A stretch of 64,000 nucleotides of DNA, taken from assembly GCA_964035545.1 (NCBI GenBank), contig OZ037767.1, forward strand, positions 8,504,581-8,568,580. Reading direction: 5' to 3'. The first letter of the stretch is position 1. Every line of letters begins with the position of its first letter. The position numbers and the translations under genes are program-made. Of this stretch, positions 36,643-54,600 are shown piece after piece. The notes under the pieces were generated by a model that searched no databases, was not told the origin of the DNA, and saw only the letters and a list, made by a program, of their open reading frames with translations. The stretch comes from Bugula neritina. Its lineage: Eukaryota; Animalia; Bryozoa.

Positions 36643-38138
36643 ATGCAGAATTTTTTAGGTTTATCAAGGCAAGGTGTGTTTGGTTGCCTGGCACACTCTA
36701 GATTAATAAGGTTAGCTCAATTTTATGTTCAATCATTTAAATTTATTTTGTCCAGTTATTTATCTGTATAATACCTTTCATTTTCTTTATTTACATGAAA
36801 GTTTGTAAAAGTTGTGAATGTAAAATAAAACATAGTTTTGTTGCTTGATTCCCAACCTTAAACATACTGAGTAAATAGCATTGGTCTGCTGTCAATTTGG
36901 CAAAGTTGGAAAGTGCGAGAGCTGTAATGTCTTGATGTGCTATGCCTTCTCTGGTCTTCATATCCAGTTGTTCTACAGTTTATCTTAGAAGCTTAGCATA
37001 ATTGTTTACAGATGAAATTTTTATTTTTTAAAGCAAATTATATTTAATTTTTGCAAAACCGTTTGACCCAAAGTGGAGACAACAAATGGTTTTAAGAAAA
37101 AAGTTATGTTGAATTTGTTGTCATTGTGCCAAGCATATCAATGGCTGTACAAGTTACATTTTCTAGTAGTAATTACTTGACATGTTTAATGATCACTTTT
37201 AGTACAACCTCTCACAACCCACAAATACAGTTGAGAACAAGACTAAAAGTTGTAGATAACAGTTTATTAGGGAAAGAAGCTGTGGAGAGAGGCAGACCAG
37301 CATATTGTATACACGTCTACAAGAAATCTCGTTAGTACTGCAGTTACACACATTTTATAGTTATCAGTCATGATTTATTTTACTTTAGAGTGCCCATATG
37401 CTAAAAAGGTGCAAGATTTTATAATTGTTCTAGTTTTCACTTCACAGCTTGTGTGGACACTTGACAACATGTTAGAACAGTTGGCGCTGCCGAAACTTTT
37501 AGCCCACTCCCACTTAGAAAAGGTCCTTCAGTTAACTGGGCATGTGCTTCAAATTGTGCACTACTTCAGGATGTTTGCATGACACTATTCAACTCTTGAT
37601 TCAATTTGTAGTGGACCAACAGTTGAATATAGTTTTTAAATCACCTGCAACTCAATAAATAACCATCTAATTTGCTGACATGTTTTTATTTTGTAGCTGT
37701 TCTAGTACTTTTCAATCTCGAGGTTCTAATTTTACAATCGTTACCTCTATATTGTAGTTAATGCACAAGTGATACAGGCTTAAATTATCAATTTGCTGGT
37801 CAATAAAATGTCCAATTCATGAATTTATTTACTAGAATATTTTCTGATTCATGCATGTCAAGGTTCAGCTGCATATCTATTCCTGTGTTGCAGGAGTTGG
37901 CACTACTGGAGATATAATACGAGTAGCTATTAGAGGACAACCCAAGAAAGCAGTACTAGTAGGTTGTAAACAAAGACAGAGGCATGGTGTGCCTAGGTTT
38001 GACTCTAACAATATCGTATTACTAGAAGACAATGGTATGCCTTCTGCAACCAAAATTAGAGTTCCGATACCCAATATGCTAAAATCGAAAGGCAAAGAAG
38101 TTGCTAAAATTTTACCGAATGCAACGAAATTTGTATAA
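36643..38138 (+). CDS. MRPL14: Mitochondrial ribosomal protein L14 (uL14m)
   Basis: Exons 36643-36710, 37167-37330, 37894-38138. IQLRTRLKVVDNSLLG..AYCIHVYKK, GDIIRVAIRGQPKKAVLVG, PRFDSNNIVLLEDNGMP..TKIRVPIP..KFV*. Confidence 0.95.
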
Positions 38139-38843
38139 CTTATAAAGTATGTTACATTGATACTGTAACAGCTCCCAGTGAAAAACCAACGCTATAGTAG
38201 CAGTTCCAACTCCTGAAACTCTTTCATTCTGATATTGAGAACATTTACATTGTTGTGTGATTTAAAATGAAGTTGGTAAATTTATTTCAGTTGAAATACA
38301 ATATTTATTCTATGTCACCAATACAAGGCTAATATTGCCAAATGTAGCTTTTGTTCATTGGCCCCCTAACTTGCAATATTTTTTCATTTCAAATGTAAAA
38401 TCTGCATTATCTGAAATAGCAGATGATGAACATGACAAAAAAATATTACTTATATTGTGTTTACTGTATTATATAATATTTAATAGCCATACAATGGAAA
38501 GCTACTTTTATTCATAAATATTTCTAGTCACATAACTAAACTAGACATGAATATGGATTTCAACAGCAAAATTAAGAAAATAATGAAATTCACCATAAAC
38601 TGGGCTTAATAATATAACTTGTTAGGCCTACTCATAATTGCAAAAATAACCCCAACCTGATACTAACTGAACTACTATAGGACCTTTGGCTGCTTTTCTG
38701 CTGGTAAGAATCAGGACAATTATAATTAAAAATTGTCACAGGTAAAACAGTATACAAGTTGCAATAATTAGGAATATAAATATACGTTATACTAGAATAG
38801 ACTTGGTGTTGCATACACTAAGCATGCTCAGCAATGAGAAGTG

Positions 38844-39004
38844 TCAGCAATTGCATTTATTAGCAGGAGCCTGCATATCTTTAGCTGATATGATATATCC
38901 GTCATTATTGGACGATGGCCTAGGTGGTGCAACACCAGGTTTCTGTTCTGAGTCGCCATCTGCATCTGACCTCATTTGACGAGCTTGGAATCTTCGGAAA
39001 ATCT
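38844..39004 (-). CDS. RAB11: Rab11 alternative terminal exon B (EIFRRFQARQMR...ANKCNC*)
   Basis: Phase-1 acceptor (..ctttatatag|AG) compatible with the donor at 40267; open frame homologous to exon A and ending in a CXC geranylgeranylation motif. Confidence 0.75.
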
Positions 39005-39322
39005 CTATATAAAGCCATGTGATTGTAGAAAAAATAGTTGTAGTAAAAAAGGCTTGCAATTAGAAATAGTGGCCAATTAGAAAGATGGTTGATAAGAGGT
39101 GCTAAGGAAGTTGGTTTAGTAGCATGCACATGAATTTTGGAGGTCAACACAGAGGATAAGAACAAGCGAGTTAGGCAATGCCAAGGTAACCAAATTCACC
39201 ACCACCATCATATGCAGGCCATGTTATTATAACAAGTAGTTTATGAGCATCTTTTTGCTGTATCGGAACTAACGTAGTTTATGCTAGAAGTAAGGTGAGG
39301 TTTATACAGGCAGTCATGTTTG

Positions 39323-44354
<5,032 letters not shown>

Positions 44355-44800
44355 AATTGTCAGTAGGGTTAGCACTGTTGCCGGAGGTGGCACTAGCTCT
44401 TTATACAATTACGTTTCTTATAAAATTAAATGACACCAATCCAAGTCCAGCGGAAATATCTATAACCCTTTCAATTTAGGTGATACTTATGCAACAAAGT
44501 TCAAAGTACTGCTGCTGAAGGTGTGGTACAACTACAAAAATTAAAAACCTTCAACGGTCAACTAAAGAAATCTAAACAGTTTAGAGGATGCTGGGAGATT
44601 TATAGTACTATTATATCGTCCGATGTATTTGTTGGCAAATTTTAGTGTCACTACGCCCCTCATATAAGCTGCCGTTTCCTGTTTATGAAGTCAACCACTA
44701 GGGGGCGTCAACGACCATGTTTGTGCGCATGCTGAAGCTAAAAGGATATCCGCCATTCCTTCGTTTCTCCTGATAATTTCGCAATCCTTGAGAATGGCAT
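44355..44800. promoter_or_regulatory. Bidirectional promoter Rab11 / WDR64 with a CTCF consensus site
   Basis: CCACTAGGGGGCG at 44695-44707, TGCGCATGC (NRF1-like) at ~44724, CGCCATT (YY1-like) at ~44750, GCGGAAAT (ETS-like) at ~44450; locally CpG-rich. Confidence 0.65.
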
Positions 44801-45780
44801 GACAGATCAAGATGAGGACCTCAACAGGATGGAATGTTTTTCCTCTACTCAGGTCCTCACTTTTCATCATTTTTAAAATAAATTTAAACTATACTCCCTA
44901 TGTATAATTGTTAGAATAAATGGTGATGATAAGTAAATTTTACCACTGACATTATGATTATCATTATGATTATGACTTGCACTTAATCTTATGTCTATGA
45001 GTTATGACTTATGAGTAACACTAACTGTAAGACTAAGTGAAAGTCTAACTCGAATAGTAACTATCTAAATGTTTGTATAAAAAGTACAACTACATGTAAC
45101 AGCAACTTAAACCGACTTACCCTTACCATTAATTTGGCATCTACAGTTTTTAAGCATTTTTTTAATTTATTCTTTGAATTCTTTTTTTTAGTTTAGTATA
45201 AAGTTTAATTTTTACTGTAAGTGTAAGTTTTAGTATATAGCTTTAAATGAATGAAATTCTAAGTTTTGGCAATAGTATAACTAATAGAAATTCTAATGTG
45301 CATTTTTTAAACTGAAACCTCTCTTTGTCTGACACAGTTTAAACATTAATCACTTCACAACTAATTCAACATAGAACTTAAATTAAGACTGTGACTAATT
45401 AAAAAGCACTACTTGCTGCATGTCATAATGCAGGAAGGCCTTAAATATTGTCTATTAGCCAAATGTGACCAGCTTTTTCATTAAAACTCATGCAATCTGC
45501 TCCGATAAGAAAACTTTAGTTAATAAAGCTTGCTTTGTAATATGCAACATAAAATTGTTTCTATTCTATAAGTTTGCGACTACTCTTAATTGAAACCGGA
45601 AAAACAGTGGGAGACCTTAAAAATAAAAAGTGCTTTGTTATATAAGTTTCCTAGCAATGACTTTCTAAGATTAAGAGTTGGTAGAGTGATTGAGAAAATC
45701 ATTTAAGTTATGCATAGAACTTTATTGCATCAAACAGTCTTTGTAGAGAAATAAGTTCTGCGTTTTTAGATGCATTGGCT

Positions 45781-45990
45781 GAAGCAGTCGTGGTCTAGGA
45801 GTTAGAGCGCTTGTTTAGTAGACACGAAGTCATGTGTTCTCCAGTAAAAGCTACTGGTGATGTTAGGAAAAGCATCCAGTCACAATTGTTACTGTGCTAC
45901 ATACTAATAAGTCTTTAGTGCGCTTTAAAATAACCTTTTTATCACGCAGGTTTCTCACAGGGATGGTGACTATAACCTTATGTGAGTTTT
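45781..45990 (+). mobile_element. tRNA-derived SINE copy
   Basis: GAAGCAGTCGTGGTCTAGGAGTTAGAGCG head, GGTGATGTTAGGAAAAGCATCCAGTCA core, TTCTCACAGGGAT tail. Confidence 0.85.
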
Positions 45991-47147
45991 AATGAGTTTT
46001 TCTAAATTAAAGTCAGCATTGTGTCATGTAAGGATTTAGCAGTTTTTGTCAACTCCCAACATCAGACTAGCAAGTGACTTCAACAGATAAACTAGTTTCT
46101 GTTCTATTTGCCTGATCTGAATAATTTGCCTAGTCATCTTTTATATGTGACCAGCATTCTCTGAGACCAACCACACTCATTTGTTGGGTTTTCTGAATTT
46201 GGGCAACTTCAAAATCCATATTTTACATCTATAGCATTTTTCTAAAATTAAAAGTTATTAAATGAGTATATAAAATAATTACTTATAATTAGTCTTTTAT
46301 ACAAAGTTTTATACAAATTTAAGGGCCCTTAAGTTTTTATAAATTTTTAATTCTGACATTACATGAGGCCTTTTTAGGAGTTGATCCACCATGCATTGTG
46401 CGTTAATTTTTAATTTTATATCTTATTAATCTAAATAACTTATTGACATGCCACCGTGTTAAACAATTTCAATGCATGTGATATACTGGCAGTAAATTAT
46501 ATACAAGTAATTATGTGTACTCAGTTACTTGTACTATCATTTTATTGGTAAGTTAACTTGTCAACTTTGCTACAAAAGATTTCAAACTTGTGTATTGCGC
46601 TAACATGTATTTTACTTTGTGCTTACTGTAGCAGGTTCTGGCTGTCACACTAACAAAGATTTAATAAACACTCTTACAGATTTGATGTTTTTTTGCCATC
46701 CAGGTTGAGCACATTGGTTTTGAAAATTGCATATGAGAATTGAAATCAGGCATATTCTTAATCTGCAAGATTATATAATCTAAGCACCATTTTTTCTGGA
46801 GTGTGGCAGCGCTAGCTTCATTTAACTTTGCTGAGTAAGCCGTGGCCTAAAGTAATCTTTTGACAAGTAGCTATAATCTTAGATTGTAAAAAGCAAAATT
46901 CAAAATTTTATTATTTTTATATATTTTTTTAAAATTAAATCAGTGTTTCATTATTTATGACCAGTTGGGATAGATGATGGCATCAGTTGCACTCAATTTG
47001 TTTCATTCAGATTGGTATGTGAAGTCAATCACTTGCAATTTTTATTGAGCCGATTTCAATGCCTTCATTATAAAAGACAACTCTAGCCTATCGGAGCGTT
47101 GTTTGTTGTAATCGCAGAAATAATATACAGTAATTTATTATCATTAT

Positions 47148-47330
<183 letters not shown>

Positions 47331-47946
47331 TTAGAGGAATCTTCAAGCTTTTTTAGCAAAAATTTTCGAATAGAATGTTGGCTTATCACAGTATTTGGAC
47401 TATAGCAATGAACAAGTAGCTGAAATTTGTTTAAGTCTTTGTTATGTATAATTACAAATATTAATGCTGATTACAACATTACAATGCATGCCAGCGCAAT
47501 AATCAGCCAACATTTGTACAAAGTTAAGTAAATAATATTGATATTATTTGATAGTTATCAAATAGGTTTAACTTTAATCTATCAATCAATTGGTCCTTGT
47601 AGATTTTTATAATAGATGCCATCACCAACCTCATTATGCTCGACATGCAGCTTAATGTACTCTGAATATGCACTCAGTTTACATAATAAACACCAAGTGT
47701 CACATGCTCAAACCATGCAAACCGCATTTGCTAGTGATGGAGCAACTTCTCTACTGGGTTAGTGAGCCAAAGCTTTGGATACTATGTCACATGCATAAGT
47801 AAAGTAAGTTATGTATAGTTATAATAGCTGGAAACATATGATACCTGTGTACTAAGCTATTGGGCATTTCTAGCAACAATTATACTAAAATAAATAATAG
47901 AAATTTTTTGTAAAAAATTGTGCTTTGTATGAACAGATTTCTGTTA

Positions 47947-48139
47947 TAATTATGAATAAGTATACGAGAAACATTGTTGTTTTATTACTTTATTAAGCAA
48001 ACTAACTAACTAATATTTCGGGCACCACTGTGCCCATCTTCAGAGTAACAATTCATTGTTACTCTGAAGATGTTAGTTAATTACTTTGCTTTATAAAGTA
48101 ATAAAACCACAATGTTTCTTGTACACTTATTCATAATTA
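47947..48139. mobile_element. Palindromic Penelope-like pseudo-LTR remnant
   Basis: ~190-bp inverted repeat centred on CATCTTCAGAGTAACAAT-TC-ATTGTTACTCTGAAGATG; one arm retains a hammerhead core. Confidence 0.65.
48005..48050 (-). ncRNA. Minimal type I hammerhead ribozyme motif
   Basis: Minus strand reads UGUUACU-CUGAAGA-U-GGGCAC-AGUG-GUGCCC-GAAA-UAUU-AGU: CUGANGA core, 6-bp stem II, GAAA, palindromic mini stem III, short ACU/AGU stem I. Confidence 0.65.
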
Positions 48140-48612
48140 AATTGCTAGCTCATAAAGATATAATTAAATCTGTATTATAGTGTTTTATTCAACATTTACT
48201 TGATGTGTGAACAGAACTGTATTAGTGTGTGTTACACAACATTAATATGGTGCAAGTTTATTATTGTAAAGTAAATTGCCAGCATTATCTGCTCAATATT
48301 TTGTTATAAAATGTTAAATTGAGTGTCTCTTGTGTCACAAGGTTTTATCTTATACTCACATTAATTAAATGCAGGAGAAGGGAGACATATCTGGTGTCAC
48401 TGAGCCATTATCTGTTAGTATCTAATACTGGAAAGAGATTAGTTTCATTCATTAAATTGTAAATTGGAGATCATTGAATGCCTATCAGCAGTGTTACAAT
48501 GTAAACCAATGAAATATATTATAACCTTACATAGTTACTAAGAAAACATCTTGTATATTTACATGCAGCTGTGTCCTCACTTGCTACTCTATGCTGCCAG
48601 TGACAGAGGAAA

Positions 48613-51600
48613 ATGTCAGCCTTTACTAAAGATGGGAAACTGAGGCGGCCATTCACTGGTAACAGTTTTCAAGAGAAAATAAATCAGTTCTACGAGATTA
48701 TGAATTCTATCACTTTACAAGACATGGAGGCTACGACAGAAGAAAGAAGACAAATCATAGCAGGTGCTCTAGCTATTGTATGTTCCTCTGTCTGTATAAA
48801 TATCAGCCTGTGAGTTTGTCTAACTGCTCTAGTTTTCTGTATTATAGTTTATAGTTCATACTTTGGCTCATGAGGTGTCAAAGAACAAGCTTGTTTTCTA
48901 TAGTAAAGAAAAATTTTGATACTAGGATTGAAAGTATTTTTCAAATTTATAATTCGAAATTTCAGCCACTAACTAAGAATAATTTGAATTAGCATTACCT
49001 TTTGGCAGTGTGTTTAGATTAGTTTTCAATAATTAGAGCAATAATAAGCTTTTGATTACAAAAATAGATGTTTCAACGGCGAATCCTTGTTCTCCCGCAT
49101 AAGTATGTTGAGTTATGTTTCTCTATATAAATTGTTATTTTGTGGTAAAACAAGAGGATGTTGTTTGAATATCAATTGTTAAATTATAATGTTTTAGAAA
49201 CCCTAAGGTTTGAAGAGTTTTGTGAAAAGCTGAGCTGTTTGTTTGAAGATGGCATTAAAGCTAAAGACCTTAAAACCATGTTCCGGAAAATCTCCAACAA
49301 CCCAGATGCTAAGATAGACTGGTGCGAGGTGTGTAAATTAATGGGTCTGTTACTAAAGATACATCAAACTATGCTTCCTCTCCAGATTGTGAAATAGATG
49401 ACATCATCATCTTTAAGTTATAAAGTTATAAGTAATGAACGATTTTCTTCAATTAAAGTTATCTTACAATTTTGTGTACACAGTCAGTGTTGACTAAATA
49501 TGGATATAGCTAGTTACTGTTGCATGTTGTTATCTATTTCACTCAGTTATTTGGATATGAAAGTCCAACTCTGTCAGTGGCGGATAGGGGGCTAACCCCA
49601 GCGCGGAATGACAAGGATGTGTTTGCTATTGAATTTCGTACAAGAGCTGGCAATGTCTCATTGGACAAGAGGCGTCTGGATACAACTAGATCCATGGCAT
49701 ACTGTAAACACATAGACTCTTACATCATTACATCTAAGAAAGGGATTGTCTCTTTGTGGAATACAAAGGTAAGATCCTTATACAGGATTTCCAGATTCAA
49801 TGCAGAGAAGTTGACGCACTTTGGCCTATGATGTGTTTAGTTGAACGCGTTTGACAAAGCTCATAACTCTACATTGTTTAACTTAATTTTATAATTGACG
49901 TATGATATCATTAGACATCAATAACCTTTTCTTTGCATAAATTTATTGTTAGTTTTTTAGCATTCAAACAGCATGAATTTATTGGAATATTAATATACCG
50001 CCTAGTTAAAGAAGAAATACGTACATGTTTGCAAACATGTGTGATACGTTAAGGAATCAATAGCAATAGCAGTTATTCTAAATAATATTAAATGATATGA
50101 TTTAAGTGTTTATATTTGCTAAGATAAATCAATACTCTACAATGACATTTACATTTATGTTATTATCGTATATCCTGTTCTTTTTCTATAAGATATATCA
50201 GCACACAAGGCTCTTAAACACCACAACTATATAATTATGTAATAATACAGATAACTAATACACATAATGACCAAATGTGCCACTAGTTAAAAGAATGTAG
50301 ACCCACCTAACTTCTCCGCCCCTCTTGTATATCTAAAATGAGAAAATGCCGTAGTATTCGAGGTCTTCTTGGTGTTGTAAACCTTCGAGTTTATTTATAG
50401 TCAATATGGTGCACGAGTCATAAAAACTCAAATTCTTCCATCATGCTGTGAAAAAGTCCTGTTAATTTTGAACATGTATTTCACAAGATTAATTTTTAGA
50501 CTTGATTTTTTGCATTTACATGTCAATATTTGAGAGAGAATTTTTTGTATGTTTCATCAGAATTTATCCCATAATTTTATTCCGGAGATCTATTTGATTG
50601 AAAATTATGCAATTTTACAGTCAGCTCCAAACTACAGTTTAAACAGAAAAAGTGACCAAATAAGTAAACCCACTGCCCTCTGTATATTACCCACATAGGC
50701 AGTACGTCACATGGTCTATAGTGATATTTGATGTTGTAGTTAGAGAATGTGTACTACATGGATATGCCAGACTCAGCTTGGCTTATAGACTGTGTCTTTC
50801 TCCCTCACTTCCGGAAACTACTTTGTGTGACTGAAAGAGGACTGGTTATATGGGACTATAAAGCCAAGTCAAAACTCGCAGTATGTGTAGTTGGCTATAG
50901 TTATTCTGCTTTGCTGATGATAAAATTTCATCTTCTTATATCTTGCTATTTTTTTTAAATTTTTTGAAACCCAATAAATAATTTTGCGTACTAAATATGA
51001 GTTACCTTCTCTATATTTCAGTCTCTAATCTCTGATGTGTTAATTTGCAGGAGTTTCACATTATCAAGCCATTTACACACGCCATCGTCTGCATGACCTA
51101 TATATCTACTATGTCCAATGCCCACGCAGAGTCTGTGTTGCTAGGAGATGATCAAGGCTATGTTTCCATGGTTACCATTACACAAACCGATCTACTGAAA
51201 AATCAAAATTCAGTTAAAAAATTAGCAACATCTAGCAGATCGATAGTTGAAATTAACCCAAAAGATTTATTTATGTAAGTTTATATTGAGTGTATTGGAT
51301 TTTAATAAAAAAATGTTTATAATCTACTTGTATTGTACTTGTGTCATCTTTATAATAACATGTATGGTGTAGTGTACACTATACACTATGTACTATGTAT
51401 ACTATGTATCATATACTGTCTATTATACACTATATAGTATACACTGTGTACTGTACAGTACTATGTACTATATACTATATACTATTCAGTAAGTACTATA
51501 TACCTAGTAGGCTACTATATAATATGTATTATGTTGTAAACTCATGTTATGGTTTGATCATTAATTGCTCATTTGTTTTACTGCATTTCATTTGTTAGTC

Positions 51601-54600
51601 CAGTTAAGAAAAGGAAGGTGCATTCTGGCTGGACGTTGAAGTTGCTGTACGTAGAAGAACTACGCAGCATGATTTCCTGTTCTCCTTCAGCTAAATGCTC
51701 TTTGGTAGTGGAAGACCTGAATACTCTTTTCAACAGTGACGTGTAAGTTGGTGTTGAGTTGAAGTAACCATGCCGTATTAAATACTCTGTGAAAAGTTGG
51801 AAATTGTGATACTATAAACATATTTTTACTTGTTGATATACATACTTTGTAAATATTTGAATATAAATTTTATTTGAATGAAGTTTATTTAAATAAAATT
51901 GTTATAGGAAGCCTAGGTGTGCCAACATTCACAAAGGGGTTAACACATTTGCCTTCTCTACAAGGTCTAGTATTGTAGCCACAGCTGGCTCAGATAAGAT
52001 CATCAGAATATGGCACCCTGCAGTTCTTACGAAACCTACAGGTAAGTTCAGCTGTTGCCCGCTCTGGCAGGTAATGTGAAGTGAGTGCATGTAGCAGTTG
52101 CTCCTGGTGATGTGTTGTCTCTAATAAACTCTCTTTTTGGTAAAGTTAAAGAGCTGTGAGCCAATTGGAAGTTAAAACAAAGGTAACTTGCAAGCTGTTT
52201 GATTTAGCTGTATCATACAAAATTCGTTATCAGAAGTTTTGATTTGTTTGCCAATTTTTTATTTTCAACTTAAATGCGTACTAGTGTAACATGCAGGTTT
52301 ATTTACAATTTTAGTTTTTAATTTGGTTGTAGATTGTGCCTATGTATATATTTGTATACATCAGTAAATTATTTTGTGAAGTAGTTATGATCACTTTATT
52401 TTGTAGGTCAGCTGTTACAGTTGGCAGTTTATAATATTTTGTATCTGTATTTCTACTTGTACAAAAATGATTGGTTTCAACTGCCTCTTGTTATGTTGTA
52501 GGTAAACTAATTGGTCATTTATTCACGGTGACTGGCATACAGATAAATGAGAAAGAGCAGCATATAATCAGTCTCTCTTCAGCCCGAGTTGTTCGAGTCT
52601 GGTGTATGAACACCATGACTAATCTTCAGGTACACCCCACTTCCTGTCTTCTGCCATGATTTGTTTGGTGCATGCGTTTATTACTTATCAATTTTGTATT
52701 ACTCATCAATTTAAAGAAAATAATATTTACAGGAATGGCAGCTAATACATTGTTTTTGCCAACATAAGTCTAATAATGAAAACTAATTCTATAAGAAACA
52801 AGTTCTTATCTCTATTGACAGATATTCACTGACCATGATGATCGAGCTGGGGACACTAGAATCAATGTCCTGTACTATGACCAGAAACAGGAAGTGCTTT
52901 TTACAGGTCAATTTTTATTTTTATTATCGTCAATGCAGTAATGTCACTATTTAACACTGCACTTATGAAGGCAGCCAGTTTTTACTACTCCGATCTCATT
53001 TATCTTGTCATATCTTGTTCATACTAACTCGAGACAAACATTTACATGACTTTTTGGGCTACACACATATTATCTGCCACTATGCTGAACTTACGTGAAA
53101 TTTTTGATTTCATAAAACTAAAGTCCTCAAAATTATGTTACTGAAGCAGATGAACTCTATTTGTAAGTAAATGCTTTGCTGACTCAGCTATCTGCTTCAG
53201 GAAGTGGAGTACTAGACTGCTGGTCCCTAGCAAGAACAGTGTTGAATAAACTCATACTACCTCAGTCTCACGAGACGCCTATTGTTCAGGTGAGAGAGAG
53301 AGTATTGGATTGCTACACGTGGACCCACATTAGACTACTAGATGTATTCTCTCTTATAGAATACAATAGTCAGATACATAAACTACCATATTTGTTGCTT
53401 TTAAACTGAACTGTTTGTTGTTTATTGTTTGTCATTCTGAAAATTTTATTATAAAAAACTTATCATTCACTTGGCGGTTGTTTGTTTATTACACCATTTA
53501 TATAAAAAAATTTAAAAAGAAATTATCATTGCTTCTTCGTAAATGTTGAATAACATTTGTCTCATTGAAGGTGGTTTACAATTCTGTACTGAATCAGTTC
53601 ATCAGTCTGTGCACAGAGCCCATAATCAAAGTATGGAGTTGTGAATCTAGAAACTTAGTTTATCAAATAGTGTCTCCTCACACACCTGGTGTAGATGTGA
53701 CATGTATGTGTGTATGTGACTCGGGCTATCGGCTTGCTACTGGTGCTATAGATGGTTGGTAACACCTATATTCTATTTCTCAGACTATTAATATTGAATA
53801 TACAGATCTCTAAAATTACTCTTAATTTATCAAAAAATTTAATTCACAATTTTGATGTTTGACATGAAAGAATTGTAGTCGTTTAATGTTTAGTTAATTA
53901 TGACATTTAATATTCATGTAAGCTACAGGATGTTTTCTGTGAGTATTCATCTTTTGTTAAAATATTTATTAAAGTATTGTAAAATTTTAATAGCAACAAA
54001 TGTTTCAGCTGCTTTATAAACCAGCATATACTACAGGCTCCCTCAAGATCTGGGATATTGGTGCTGGTCAGGAGATAAAAAGCTACTTTGAAAAGGTACT
54101 AGATAAGGATGGAGATGAGAGTTTACTTGCCAACATCTCTGTGGTCAGTCTGGTGTACTTGCCCTTTTCTCCTGGCAAATCTCGATTACTTATTGCTTGT
54201 GGTTGGAGTCAGGAGGTCAGACTGTATTCTGTGAGTTGACTCTATTTACTTATCCCTTGCTTCCTACTAGACCACACCTCTATCTACTAGACCACGCCTC
54301 TATCTACTAGATCACACCTCTATCTACTAGACCACACCTCTCTCTACTAGACCACACCTCTATCTACTAGATCACACCTCTATCTACTAGACCACACCTC
54401 TATCTACTAGACCACACCTCTATCTACTAGACCACACCTCTATCTACTAGACAACACCTCTATCTACTAGACCACACCTCTATTTACTAGACCACACCTC
54501 TATCTACTAGACCACACCTCTATTTACTAGACCACACCTCTAGCTACTAGACCACACCTTTACACCAAATAAACCACACCCCTACCTATCATACCTCTAC

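Noticed and set aside
44794-44852. ATG-initiated frame MTDQDEDLNRMECFSSTQ as WDR64 first coding exon
   Set aside because: Weak donor, and I could not splice it in frame to 48613; treated as probable 5' UTR/uORF
54262-54560. CRISPR-like regular repeats (also 1-100 and 61800-62187)
   Set aside because: Head-to-tail units without unique spacers, eukaryotic intron context, no cas genes
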